A stretch of DNA of 64,000 bases from Polyangiaceae bacterium (GCA_965222375.1 CBDCTZ010000014.1:256001-320000), one strand, 5' to 3'; positions 41,237 through 51,109 are shown, numbered from the stretch's first letter. The notes: generated by a model from the letters alone, not told the origin. A program made the numbers and translations.

Positions 41237-41439
41237 ACGCGGCCTCCGCGCTAGGCGACTGCCCGACGGCGGTGAGTGAGCGGTGCGAGAAAGGGCCAGA
41301 GTACGTTTTTCATGGAGCCACAAATCCGAACAGACCCAACCCCTCTTCTTCGGCCCGTTCTCCTTCGGTCCTTACTGTTCATTCTCTGATTTGAGACGCT
41401 GCGAGCCAGGAAGCTCTGCAATTCGGGAGCGGGTGACAG

Positions 41440-41643
41440 CTACTTGACGAAGCCGACGTCGCAGCCCGAGCGAATGAGCAAGCTGGCTTGGCTATCGCTC
41501 TGGACCTTGGTGCAGGTATCCGGACATAGTTGGATCTGTTGGTTTTCGACGTAGAACGCCGTGGCGCTGCAATCCAATGGCCGCTTGACCTGCTTGAAGC
41601 TCTCCGCCTGCGCGCAGCCTCCCGGGGTGAAGTCCAGTTCCTC
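41440..41643 (-). pseudogene. Orphan C-terminal fragment of a vWA-protein paralogue
   Basis: Manual translation EELDFTPGGCAQAESFKQVKRPLDCSATAFYVENQQIQLCPDTCTKVQSDSQASLLIRSGCDVGFVK* aligns by eye with the C-terminus at 23698-23900. In-frame TGA directly upstream, no start codon. Confidence 0.65.
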
Positions 41644-41708
41644 TCAAAGGGAGAACTATTTTGAGTCCACGAACGTATTTGAGGCCATCCTGTGGAGCCA
41701 GAACTGCG

Positions 41709-44027
41709 ATGCGAACCGCCCTGTTCACCATCTGTGCTGCCGCGGTGGCGTGCCAAACCAAAGCGCCGCCGGTGGGTGGCCCTTCAGCAGGCCCCGCAAC
41801 TTCGGTCGCCGCGCCCGCACCAGAGATTGAACCCGCTACGCCCGATGCCGAGCACGATAAGCTCGTCGCGAAGAACCCACCGGGTCTGAGTTTCCGAATT
41901 CGGCTCGTTGAGGGGACGCGCTTCCGACAAGGCGAGCGGATCCGCGTCGAACTGAGCTTCGCGAGCTCCATCCCCAAGACCTACAAACTGGATGGCGGTC
42001 TATACGATCGCATCGGTCGCATGCATGTCGACGAGTTCAAGTTGAGTCCAGCGCTGACCCGGGATCCGCTGGGGGAGTATTTTGCCAATGGCATTGGTGG
42101 CATGGGCGGTATTCGGACCATGCCCGTGCTCACGGACGAGCCCTACAAGATGGTCTTCGACTTGAACGAGTGGCACCGCTTCGACAAGCCGGGTCGTTAC
42201 CAGCTGTACGTGACGTCGGGTCGGCTCAGTTGGGAAGATCCCGACCCTAGCGGAAAGCCGAAGCGTACTGAGGGTCGCAAAGTCACTTCACAGAACGTTG
42301 TGGCGTTTTCCGTGACCCGCTCACCACCGGGTTGGCGCGTCAAGACGCTTCGGGCCGCCAAGCTGGTGCTCGACTCCAAGGGCTCGAAGGACGAGGCCAA
42401 ACGAGAGGCGGCTCGCACGCTGCGCTTTCTGGGCACCGAGTCTGCAGCACGGGAAATGATCCGGCGCCTGAGCTCAGACGAATACAGCTACGAGCTCAGC
42501 TTCGGGCTCTACGGATCGCCGAAGCGCGCCCTGATCATCCGTGAAATGGAGGCGAACCTGCCGCGGCCCGACTATCCCGTGACGAGCACGTTCTTGCGGA
42601 CGCTCTCCGCCCTGAAGATCTGGACGGCCCTGCCGATTGCGCTTCCGAAGGCTGGCGTTTATGCGCGGGAAGCCGTCGACGAAAAAGCGTGGAAGCTGCG
42701 GCGGGAGAAGCAGAAACAGATCGATGAAGCGCTGGCGCAAAGGTTGGCGGATGGATTGAGCGGCAAGCAGCCCGACGCCCGCGCCGTGAGCACAGCAAGC
42801 TTGCTGTCATTGGGTCGCTCCAGGGCCAAGGACACACCGATACCCAAGTGGCTTGTGGCGGCACACGGCGAGCTGCCGAAAGTATTGGCCCGACTGCCGC
42901 ATCGAGAACTATCCCATCTGCTCAATTACGGCTTTCGCCCCATTGCTCATCTACCCCTCGCGCCGGCGCTGAAAGACTTGCTTTCGAAAAAGCAGCTTGA
43001 CGCCAACCTTCGCCAAGTTGCGCTCCGGCGGCTGTACGAACTGGATCCGGTTGAAGGGCGCCGGCGGATCCTCCAGGTCATTCGCAGTGGCCAGCCCGAC
43101 TTGGGCATCGCGCCGATGGCGGCACTCGGCATACTTCCGGACCGCGAGCTACCGAAGGCCGCGCCGGAGCTTGCCCGGCGATTGGAGCAGTGTGGGCCGC
43201 ACTGCCATCCGACCCAGCTCTGGGTGCTGGGCAGCTTGCTCAACCGCTACGGAACGCGGGCCGTCGCCAAGCGAGTGCGCGTGGTCTATGAGCGGAAGCC
43301 AGAGTGGGGCACGCGCGAGCAGGCGGCCTTCCTCGCCTACTTCTTGGGCGTCGAGCCGACGTATGGGGCTGAAGCGGTGCGCGCCGCGGTGAAGCAGCGA
43401 GGCAAGCTCTCGTCCACGAACATGCTCACCAAGCTGATTGCTGTAAGGACCGCGCCCGAGGTGGAGCGCTTGCTGATTGCCGAACTCGACAATCCCCGGG
43501 GGAACCTGGCCGGGGAAGCCGCTCGCGCTTTGGGTCGCTACGGCTCGGCAAAGGTGGAAGCGGCGCTGTGGCGGCGCATGGAGCGCTGGAACCGCGATTG
43601 GCGGGGTAAGGAGAAACAGCTGCGGCATCCTTTGATTGGGACCAATCCCAATTCTGGGCAGATCCAGCTCGAGCGCCATCTGTGGCGAGCAATTGCTTCC
43701 GGCCACGCCTGGATCGCCGATCACGACAAATTGACCAAGCTGCGGGCACTGCTCGTGACCGAGCAAGAGAGGAAGCAACTCGACTACAAGCTCAGCCAGT
43801 GGAAGCATGGGAGCTTCTCCATTCGCTGGCATCGACAGGACGACGGCAAGGTGCGGGTTTCCGTTGCGCAATACGATCTAGAGTCTCTCGAGGCGCTCTC
43901 CGCCAAGCTGGCGCAGTTTCCCCGGAGCACCCGTTTCGAATGGCGGCCCTACGCCGAAGCCAAGGGCGACTTCGAGGCCGCGAAGCGCGCGGCCGCCAAG
44001 GGCGGCTCCAAGTTGACGCGACCGTGA
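41709..44027 (+). CDS. Large lipoprotein (Ig-like N-terminal domain, HEAT-like helical repeats)
   Basis: MRTALFTICAAAVA-C; FDKPGRYQLYV; helical repeats (AARTLRFLGT, AARALGRYGS). Confidence 0.7.
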   Translation: MRTALFTICAAAVACQTKAPPVGGPSAGPATSVAAPAPEIEPATPDAEHDKLVAKNPPGLSFRIRLVEGTRFRQGERIRVELSFASSIPKTYKLDGGLYDRIGRMHVDEFKLSPALTRDPLGEYFANGIGGMGGIRTMPVLTDEPYKMVFDLNEWHRFDKPGRYQLYVTSGRLSWEDPDPSGKPKRTEGRKVTSQNVVAFSVTRSPPGWRVKTLRAAKLVLDSKGSKDEAKREAARTLRFLGTESAAREMIRRLSSDEYSYELSFGLYGSPKRALIIREMEANLPRPDYPVTSTFLRTLSALKIWTALPIALPKAGVYAREAVDEKAWKLRREKQKQIDEALAQRLADGLSGKQPDARAVSTASLLSLGRSRAKDTPIPKWLVAAHGELPKVLARLPHRELSHLLNYGFRPIAHLPLAPALKDLLSKKQLDANLRQVALRRLYELDPVEGRRRILQVIRSGQPDLGIAPMAALGILPDRELPKAAPELARRLEQCGPHCHPTQLWVLGSLLNRYGTRAVAKRVRVVYERKPEWGTREQAAFLAYFLGVEPTYGAEAVRAAVKQRGKLSSTNMLTKLIAVRTAPEVERLLIAELDNPRGNLAGEAARALGRYGSAKVEAALWRRMERWNRDWRGKEKQLRHPLIGTNPNSGQIQLERHLWRAIASGHAWIADHDKLTKLRALLVTEQERKQLDYKLSQWKHGSFSIRWHRQDDGKVRVSVAQYDLESLEALSAKLAQFPRSTRFEWRPYAEAKGDFEAAKRAAAKGGSKLTRP

Positions 44028-44030
44028 TTG

Positions 44031-44630
44031 ATGACTGCCACCGATGTGTTCGTCCAACACCCGTGGCTTGCTGCGCTGTTATGGGTGGCGCTGCACGCGG
44101 CGGACTACCTGTTGACCATAGTGGGCATTGTCCACTCCCGCCGGGTAGCCGATCAGGTCAGCTTCGAGAGCTATGAGCTCAATCCATTGTTTCGGAAGCC
44201 CGTCGAGGAGGTGCGCTGGCTGTCGCCGCGGTTCTTGCTGAGCCTGGTAATCATCGCGCTTCTGTTTTGGTTCATTTTCGGTGCGGTGGCGCAGGTAGCG
44301 CAGATGGCGGAGTTCTCATGGCTGCTCTACCTCGTCGGCGCTCTGCTCGGCTTGCTGGTATTCACCCGCCTCGTGTTGATCGCCGGGCACCTTTCCAACA
44401 TTTGGATGTTCCGCGAGTTGCACCGAGATCCAGAAGCCCTCACCGGCAAGGTCCGCTACGGCCTCATCTTTTCTCTCAAGCTATCTGCGGTGCGGTTCGC
44501 GAGCTTTGGCGGTGTTCTCGCCGCCGCTGCAGTGGTGACGGCAAACTCGTGGCTGGTGGGCGGCGCCGTGGGTTGTGGGCTGTTCGTGGCGAAGCACGCA
44601 CTCACTGCGCGGCGAGGGGCAAAGCGTTAG
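44031..44630 (+). CDS. Multi-pass membrane protein
   Basis: About five hydrophobic segments; ADYLLT and YELNPLF motifs. Confidence 0.7.
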   Translation: MTATDVFVQHPWLAALLWVALHAADYLLTIVGIVHSRRVADQVSFESYELNPLFRKPVEEVRWLSPRFLLSLVIIALLFWFIFGAVAQVAQMAEFSWLLYLVGALLGLLVFTRLVLIAGHLSNIWMFRELHRDPEALTGKVRYGLIFSLKLSAVRFASFGGVLAAAAVVTANSWLVGGAVGCGLFVAKHALTARRGAKR

Positions 44631-44798
44631 CCCGCTCGAACAGGTCTGTGCCTGGGCCGTGGTTGATTCGGACCGGTCGGATGCGGGTGCTTTTGGGGTT
44701 GGGTCGGGTCGTTGGGCCGCCTCAGGGGCGCTAATCTCGCGCCCGCCCACTCTGGCCCGCCCACGCTTGGAAGTGTCACGCTTGGAAGTAGAGATATC

Positions 44799-47177
44799 GT
44801 GCTGAGCGTTAGCCAGATCGTGAAGGGGCTTGCGGCCGTCCTGCTCACCCTCTCGCTGCTTGGCGGCGTGACGGGAGACCGACCTAGCGCAGCGTCGGGT
44901 GGGCTCGGGCACAGTGCCCTGTTCACGCGAGTCGCCCGGGGGGATGCCCCAAGGTTGCGGCGGGATCACCGCCCCACGACGGAACACGGCTTGGGCGGAA
45001 GCGCCGGGAGCGCCATCGAGCATGAAGTGGCAGCCGCGATCCGGCGCGGTGACATTCCGGGCTGTGTGGTTGCGATTGGAACGGGGCGCGATGTACTGTT
45101 TCACCGCGCGTATGGCAGCAGCTGGCTCGAGCCGCAGAAGCGCGCGATGACCAAGGACGCCGTGTTTGACCTGGCGTCGTTGACCAAGGCCGTCGCCACC
45201 GCGACTACATTGGCAGCGGCGGTTGAGCGGGGAGTCCTGACCTACACGGATACAGTCTCGCAGCACCTGCCGGAATTCCGTCGCCCGGACAAAGCGAAAA
45301 TTCGCATCGAGCAACTGTTGACTCACACCTCGGGTCTGCCCGCGGTCAACGGCTTGGCGGCATATCGCCGCGGAGCCCAGCATGCGATCGCAGCCATCGC
45401 AGCCGTGCCCTTGGTGACGGCACCCGGGGAACAATTCCTGTACAGCGATCTGGGTTTCATCGCGTTGGGAGAGATCTTGTCTCGCGCTGGCGGCGGCAGG
45501 CTCGACGAGCTCTCGGCGCGCTGGGTGCTGTCGCCGCTGGGGCTGGAGGCGACGCGCTTTGTTCCGAGCCCGGGCTTGCTTCCAAGAATCGTTCCCACCG
45601 AGATGCGGGCAGGTCAGCCGATCCATGGCCGGGTGCATGACCCGCGGGCGAGCGCTCTAGGCGGTGTGGCGGGGCACGCGGGCTTGTTCTCCAGCGCCGC
45701 GGATCTGGCACGGTTGGCGCGCATGCTCCTCGGCGAGGGCACCCTCGACGGCACCCGCGTGCTCGCGGCCAAGAGCGTGCGGCGCATGATTCGCGCGCAG
45801 CAGTTTCCGGGTGGGCGCACTGCCCTGGGCTGGGACGTGCCGGACGATCCTCATGTTGCCGTATTCGACGGCAGTGCCTACGGTCACGACGGTTTCACGG
45901 GCACCTCCCTGTGGGTGGATCCCAAGAACGATTTGTTCGTGGTGTTTCTGAGCAGCCGCCTGCATCCGAACGGGCGTGGCCGCGCGATGCGCCTGGCTCG
46001 CGAAATCCGCCGCATCGCCTTTGCCGCTTTGGGTCCCGAGCGGCGCAGCGTCGTGCGGGTTGGCATCGACGTGCTGGCGCGTCAGAAGTTCAGGTCTCTT
46101 TCTGGAAAACGAGTGGCTGTTCTGACCAACTCCGCGGCGCGGGATGCGGTGGGCCGGCGCACGGCGGATCTGCTGGCCCAGGCACCGGGGGTCGAACTCA
46201 TCGCCCTGCTGGCACCGGAGCATGGCATCGGAGCTGATCGCGAAGGGTCGATCGGAAGCAGTCGCGACCCCAGAACCGGCAGGCCCGTGCGGGGGTTCTT
46301 CAATCTGGATGCTGCGGCGAGTGAGGAAGCACTGGTGGGAGCGGAGGTGTTGGTCGTCGACCTGCCCGACGCCGGCGCTCGCTTCTTCACCTATGCCGCG
46401 ACGCTGCGCCGCGCACTGGAAGCAGCTGCTGCGGCCAAGATTGGCGTCGTGGTTCTGGATCGACCCAATCCGCTTTCCGGAGAGCGGATTGCCGGTCCGA
46501 TCTCGAAGGGCAGGCCGGGGTCGATGGTGGGCCCGCACCCACTTCCGATCCTGCATGGGCTCACGCAGGGTGAGCTCGCCCGCCTATTCGTCGCTGAACT
46601 CTCGCTGGACGTGCAGCTCGAAGTCGTGCGTGCGAGCGGATGGCGCCGTTCCCAAGCTGCCTTCAGTACCGGTCTGAAGTGGGTCGCGCCGTCCCCCAAC
46701 CTCAAGACTGTGCCCGGAGCCCTGCTCTACCCCGGTATCGCGTTGTTCGAGTTCACGAATTTGTCCGTTGGGCGCGGAACGCCGCAGCCGTTCACGCTGC
46801 TGGGTGCGCCCTGGATGAATGGAAAACGTCTGGCCGCACGCCTCAGCCGCCAGCAGCTGCCTGGCGTGAAGATTGTTGCTACCGTGTTCACACCTCGCAA
46901 GCGGCGCTTTGCGGGACGTCGCTGTCGCGGGATCCGGATCCAACTGACCAACCCTGCTGCCGTCCGCCCGGTGCGCTTGGCCTTCCACATTGCTCGGGAG
47001 CTGATGTTGGCGCACCCGGAAGAGTGGCAGGACGACAACCTCTCGACCTTGCTGCTTCACCCGAAGTCTCTGGCATCTCTGCGCGGGGGCAAGCCCTTGG
47101 CAGGCATCTTCGAAAGCTGGGAGGCCGGGCTTCGCGCCTTCGAAAAACGCCGCCAACCGCACTTGCTGTACCCGTAG
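44799..47177 (+). CDS. Serine hydrolase (beta-lactamase fold) fused to DUF1343/NamZ-like exo-N-acetylmuramidase
   Basis: FDLASLTK (SxxK), LLTHTSG, YSD, GHAGLFS, GHDGFTGT; then GIDVL, APEHG, GARFFTY, VLDRPNP, PSPN, YPG, SVGRGT. Start approximate. Confidence 0.85.
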   Translation: MLSVSQIVKGLAAVLLTLSLLGGVTGDRPSAASGGLGHSALFTRVARGDAPRLRRDHRPTTEHGLGGSAGSAIEHEVAAAIRRGDIPGCVVAIGTGRDVLFHRAYGSSWLEPQKRAMTKDAVFDLASLTKAVATATTLAAAVERGVLTYTDTVSQHLPEFRRPDKAKIRIEQLLTHTSGLPAVNGLAAYRRGAQHAIAAIAAVPLVTAPGEQFLYSDLGFIALGEILSRAGGGRLDELSARWVLSPLGLEATRFVPSPGLLPRIVPTEMRAGQPIHGRVHDPRASALGGVAGHAGLFSSAADLARLARMLLGEGTLDGTRVLAAKSVRRMIRAQQFPGGRTALGWDVPDDPHVAVFDGSAYGHDGFTGTSLWVDPKNDLFVVFLSSRLHPNGRGRAMRLAREIRRIAFAALGPERRSVVRVGIDVLARQKFRSLSGKRVAVLTNSAARDAVGRRTADLLAQAPGVELIALLAPEHGIGADREGSIGSSRDPRTGRPVRGFFNLDAAASEEALVGAEVLVVDLPDAGARFFTYAATLRRALEAAAAAKIGVVVLDRPNPLSGERIAGPISKGRPGSMVGPHPLPILHGLTQGELARLFVAELSLDVQLEVVRASGWRRSQAAFSTGLKWVAPSPNLKTVPGALLYPGIALFEFTNLSVGRGTPQPFTLLGAPWMNGKRLAARLSRQQLPGVKIVATVFTPRKRRFAGRRCRGIRIQLTNPAAVRPVRLAFHIARELMLAHPEEWQDDNLSTLLLHPKSLASLRGGKPLAGIFESWEAGLRAFEKRRQPHLLYP

Positions 47178-47198
47178 TACCTGCGTCTGCGGTGCCGC

Positions 47199-48179
47199 TC
47201 AATAGAACAAGCCCGCGTTGCCTCCAGTGTGGATGAAGAGCAGGTTGCCGTCGGGCTCGGGTGGTTCGCTTCTTCCGTATTCGATCAGGGCCGCTGCTGC
47301 CTTCGCCGTGTAGACGGGGTCGAGCAACACACCTTCGAGTTTGGCGAAAAGCTTTGCCGCGTTGGTTCCGGCTTCGGACGCTATCGCGTAGCCCTCGCCA
47401 AAAAACCGATCGTCCGTCACGACGGATGATTCATCGAATTCGACGCCGAGCATGCGCGCGGTCGTCCGCGCCAGCTCGAGGACGCGTTCGCGCTGGATTG
47501 CGGACTTCTGCGAGATGGCAATGCCGACGATCTGGGTGTCATAGCCGGTGATGGCTTGCCCCAGCACTAAGCCGACCTGGGTTGCGGTGGACCCGGTAGC
47601 CAAGAGGATCTTCCCGAAGTGAATGCCCGTGGACTCCGTGTGCCGGACAATTTGATCAAAGACGCGCAGGTAGCCCAGGGCTCCCACCTCATCGCTGCCG
47701 CCGGGGTGCAGCTCGTACACGACCTTGCCCTGGCCACGCAGTTCTTCAACCAGCTCTTCACTGATTGTTTGCACGGCCCTCGGGCCTGCGTCGGTCACGT
47801 AGTGCAGAGTGGCTTCGAGCTGAGCGAATAGACGCCGGCTTGCGTGGTTGTGCTCGGACGCTTTCCCCTCAATCACGACGTGCACCTCCAGCCCATGCAC
47901 TCTTCCAGCCGCCGCAGCGTTTCGACTGAAGCTGCTGGCGCCCCGGGTGACCAGGGTGGTGGCGCCCTTCGCGATGGCATCGCCGACCAAGAAGTCGAGT
48001 TTTCTGACCTTGTTGCCGCCCAGGGCGAACCCCGTCAGATCCTCCCGCAAGATGTAGATCTCGTGGCCGAGGTAGGAGGACAGGTTCGGCAGCTTGTGGA
48101 TGGGAGTCGGATGGACGGTTAGGTCGACGCGCGGGTAGTCGCGGAGCAAGGTCGCGATTGCCGACCCGCGCGCCGTCAT
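47199..48179 (-). CDS. PLP enzyme of the D-cysteine desulfhydrase / ACC deaminase family
   Basis: PTPI, REDLTG..LGGNKVRKL, GGS...GALGY, LDPVYTAKA, FIHTGG; ATGA overlap at 48176-48179. Confidence 0.85.
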   Translation of the reverse strand: MTARGSAIATLLRDYPRVDLTVHPTPIHKLPNLSSYLGHEIYILREDLTGFALGGNKVRKLDFLVGDAIAKGATTLVTRGASSFSRNAAAAGRVHGLEVHVVIEGKASEHNHASRRLFAQLEATLHYVTDAGPRAVQTISEELVEELRGQGKVVYELHPGGSDEVGALGYLRVFDQIVRHTESTGIHFGKILLATGSTATQVGLVLGQAITGYDTQIVGIAISQKSAIQRERVLELARTTARMLGVEFDESSVVTDDRFFGEGYAIASEAGTNAAKLFAKLEGVLLDPVYTAKAAAALIEYGRSEPPEPDGNLLFIHTGGNAGLFY

Positions 48180-48661
48180 CCCCGGGGCCCGTCGGTTTTC
48201 ACGGCGACGGTCTCTCCTGCCACGTTGCTGCCTGCTTCGAGACACAGCATGCGCACCCTCCCTTTGGCGGCGACGCGCCCATCGCTGCCGGCAACGGTCA
48301 CCTCCCACACCTGGCTGCGCTTACCTCGGAACAAGGGCACACCCCGCGCGTGCAGAGTCCCCTCGCGAACTGCGCTCAGGAACGACGTCGAATTCTCGAG
48401 GCCCACCACGTCATAGCCCGAAGGCATCGCGTTGATGGCGGCACCAGCCGACGCAAGAGTCTCGACGATCGTGGAGTAGACTCCGCCATGCACGAGTCCG
48501 TAGGGCTGGTGCAAGTGCGGCCCCACGGGGACTTCGGCCCGAAGTTCCTCGTAGGCGATGGAAACGAAGGTCAGACCGATGCCTTCGTTGAAACCGGCGC
48601 GGCGAGCGTTGAACATCTCGACGATGTCATCGGGTAGGGGAGGGAGTTGTGGTGCGGGCAT
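48176..48661 (-). CDS. PaaI family hotdog-fold thioesterase
   Basis: HLHQPYGLVHGG...ETLAS, VGLENSTSFL, GKRSQVWEV. Confidence 0.9.
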   Translation of the reverse strand: MPAPQLPPLPDDIVEMFNARRAGFNEGIGLTFVSIAYEELRAEVPVGPHLHQPYGLVHGGVYSTIVETLASAGAAINAMPSGYDVVGLENSTSFLSAVREGTLHARGVPLFRGKRSQVWEVTVAGSDGRVAAKGRVRMLCLEAGSNVAGETVAVKTDGPRG

Positions 48662-48664
48662 GGG

Positions 48665-49207
48665 TCAGTCCTCGTCTTTCGTCCACAGCATCCCTAGCAG
48701 GGCTGGACCGATGGCCACAATTCCGGCCTCGATGGTTGCTGCTGTGAGGGCCGAGCCGTAGGCGCAGGTTGGACCGAAAACGTAGTCACCAGCCGAGGCG
48801 TTCCACTGGGCCCAGCCATGGGTATTGGTCAGAAACGTCGCCTCGCTGCCAAACAGATCGAGGAACTCTCCGGCCGCTGCCTCCGCCACTTCGACCGCGC
48901 GGATCTCCGTGTCGTAGGCGAGCTCCAGGTGAAGGATGCGGCGCAGCAGCGCTTCGGCTTCACCGCGAGGCACCTGTCGCCAGCCCGAGGCCTCCCAGCT
49001 CTCCGCAACGCCGGCGCCACCGGGTCCATGCGCTAGAGTGCCATCCGTGCGGGTGGCAATCTCGTTGACCAGCTGCATCAAGTCGGGGCGGTCGCCGAGC
49101 TTTGGTGGCTTCGCTTCGTAGAGGGCGAGAAGCTCCCGATGCGGGTCCAAAGCGTAGGCCTCGCGAAAGCGCAAGCACTCTGCGTCCAAGGGGCGACCGA
49201 CGAACAT
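48665..49207 (-). CDS. Hypothetical protein
   Basis: Tightly packed in the minus-strand run; LAYD...FLTN and GIV...GMLW..DED motifs. Confidence 0.6.
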   Translation of the reverse strand: MFVGRPLDAECLRFREAYALDPHRELLALYEAKPPKLGDRPDLMQLVNEIATRTDGTLAHGPGGAGVAESWEASGWRQVPRGEAEALLRRILHLELAYDTEIRAVEVAEAAAGEFLDLFGSEATFLTNTHGWAQWNASAGDYVFGPTCAYGSALTAATIEAGIVAIGPALLGMLWTKDED

Positions 49208-49218
49208 GAGCGAGCTGC

Positions 49219-49662
49219 TCAGCTACAACCGCCGCCGGTGCACGACTTCTTGCAGTCGGCCGAGCTGCACACCTGCGTGCAGCCCCCACCGCTGCACTTG
49301 AGTTTGCACTCGGCTCCACTGGCGCAATTCTGCTTGCAGCCACCGCCGCTGCAGCTTGCGCGGCAATCCGACTGCCCAGCGCAATTCTGATTGCAGCCGC
49401 CACCGCTGCAGGTGAACTTGCAGCGCCGGCCGGCCGCGCAATTCTGGTTGCAGTTGCCATCGGAGCACTTCTCCCGGTCACGCATGCCGCGTTTGCCGGT
49501 GGCTCGTGGCTTGGCTCCCTCCGCCGCGGGCGCGGCGGTCGTCGGTGCCGCGCTGGCTGCGGGTTCGCTCTTCGGCGCGGTATCGTCGGATTGCTTGCAG
49601 GCCAGGAGCGCGATCGCGATGAGCGCCAGAGCGGCGCAGGCGTTGAGCATAGCGGCTCGCAT
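49219..49662 (-). CDS. Lipoprotein with 19-aa Cys-ladder repeats
   Basis: LLA-C lipobox, Ala/Pro linker, 4.5 repeats of C-x4-C-x3-C-x5-C-x3 (18 Cys). Confidence 0.8.
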   Translation of the reverse strand: MRAAMLNACAALALIAIALLACKQSDDTAPKSEPAASAAPTTAAPAAEGAKPRATGKRGMRDREKCSDGNCNQNCAAGRRCKFTCSGGGCNQNCAGQSDCRASCSGGGCKQNCASGAECKLKCSGGGCTQVCSSADCKKSCTGGGCS

Positions 49663-49944
49663 GATGCCCACCGTGTAACCCGATTCCCCGCGTGACGTCA
49701 TCCCATGGGAAAACAGCGCAAGTCGACCTGGGTGTATACGCGCGAGAGTAGTGAGCCAGCGACGCCACAATGCCGCGACCCCAAACCCAACACCAATTCC
49801 CTTGGCCAAAGCTGCGGCGCGCTCGATCGTGACCGGAGCCATCGATAGACTGGCTCCGGGCTTGTTTCACCCCGGCTTGACTCCCACGCCTCAAGGGCGA
49901 AGGTTTGAGGGGGAATACGCCCCCATTCTCATCAGGAGCCAGCT

Positions 49945-51063
49945 TTGACGGTCAAATTTGTCGATGGTCCGCCTCGCGAGGTGAAGTTCAGCTCCGATCC
50001 GGAGAGCAAAGAGCCGCGGCTTGGCCCCGAGGACGTGGAACAGATCGCAGAGATCTTTCACACGCCGCTCACGGGCGCCTACGCCTGGAACTACGAAGAG
50101 GCAGACAAGAAGATCCGCAAGCTCTACCGCTTGGGCAAGGAGCGCAACTGGAACGCGGACTCGGACGTCGACTGGTCGATCACGTTTCCCCGCCACGAGT
50201 CGCCGGTGCAGGAGATGTTCAATCCCTTCGTGGGTTACGAACCCTTCGAGAAGATGACGCCGGAGCAGCGTGTGGATTTCGCCTGGCACCAACAATGCTG
50301 GTCCTTGTCGCAGTTCTTGCATGGGGAGCAGGGCGCGCTGTTGGTGGCATCGCAGCTGGTGTCTTGCGCCCCGACCTACGACGCCAAGTTGTACGCGGCC
50401 TCCCAGGCTTTCGATGAAGCGCGGCATGTGGAGGCCTTCGGCCGCTACATTACCGAGAAAGTCGGCTTCATGTATCCGGTGGATCGCCACCTGAAGTCGC
50501 TGCTGGACAAGATCCTGACCGACGAACGTTGGGATCTGAAGTTCATCGGCATGCAGCTGATCGTCGAGTCCTTGGCGCTAGCGGCCTTCAACACCCAGAA
50601 GCTGATCGCGAAGGACAAGCTGATCGCGGACATCGTCGATCTAGTGATCCGCGACGAGTCCCGCCATGTGGCCTTTGGCGTGACCTACATGGAGGACTTC
50701 GTCAAAGCGCTCTCGCCCGAGGAGATCGAAGATCGCGCGCAGTTCGCCTACGAAGCTTGCGTCATCATGCGTGAGCGCATTATCGGGACCGACGTGTTCG
50801 CCTACTTCGGCTGGCCAGAAGACGAGTCGCGCCAAGTCGTGCTCGATGCCAAGATCATGGACGAGTTTCGCAAGCTGCTCTTCACGCGCATCATGCCGAA
50901 CCTGAAAAAGGTGGGTCTCATCACCGACAAGGTACGTCCGCTCTACGACAAGCTGGGTGTTTTGGAGCTAGAGAACCTCGGGCACGACGGCGAGATCGAC
51001 TGGGCCGAGCTGTCGGCTCCCTTGCCTCTGTTTCGACCCGCGCCAGAGAGCGCCGCTCAGTAG
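49945..51063 (+). CDS. Ferritin-like diiron protein (AurF-like family)
   Basis: HGEQGAL, DEARH, VESLA, DESRH; TTG start after AGGAG. Confidence 0.85.
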   Translation: MTVKFVDGPPREVKFSSDPESKEPRLGPEDVEQIAEIFHTPLTGAYAWNYEEADKKIRKLYRLGKERNWNADSDVDWSITFPRHESPVQEMFNPFVGYEPFEKMTPEQRVDFAWHQQCWSLSQFLHGEQGALLVASQLVSCAPTYDAKLYAASQAFDEARHVEAFGRYITEKVGFMYPVDRHLKSLLDKILTDERWDLKFIGMQLIVESLALAAFNTQKLIAKDKLIADIVDLVIRDESRHVAFGVTYMEDFVKALSPEEIEDRAQFAYEACVIMRERIIGTDVFAYFGWPEDESRQVVLDAKIMDEFRKLLFTRIMPNLKKVGLITDKVRPLYDKLGVLELENLGHDGEIDWAELSAPLPLFRPAPESAAQ

Positions 51064-51109
51064 GCGGAGTGCGGCGCATCGCCACCGCGCAGTCCGTTTC
51101 TGAAAACGC

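Noticed and set aside
44799..46050. Antibiotic-resistance beta-lactamase
   Set aside because: The fold is shared by esterases and amidases; fusion to DUF1343 points to cell-wall turnover.
49219..49662. RiPP precursor (Cys/Ser-rich core)
   Set aside because: It has a lipoprotein signal, and no radical-SAM, LanM or YcaO enzyme is nearby.
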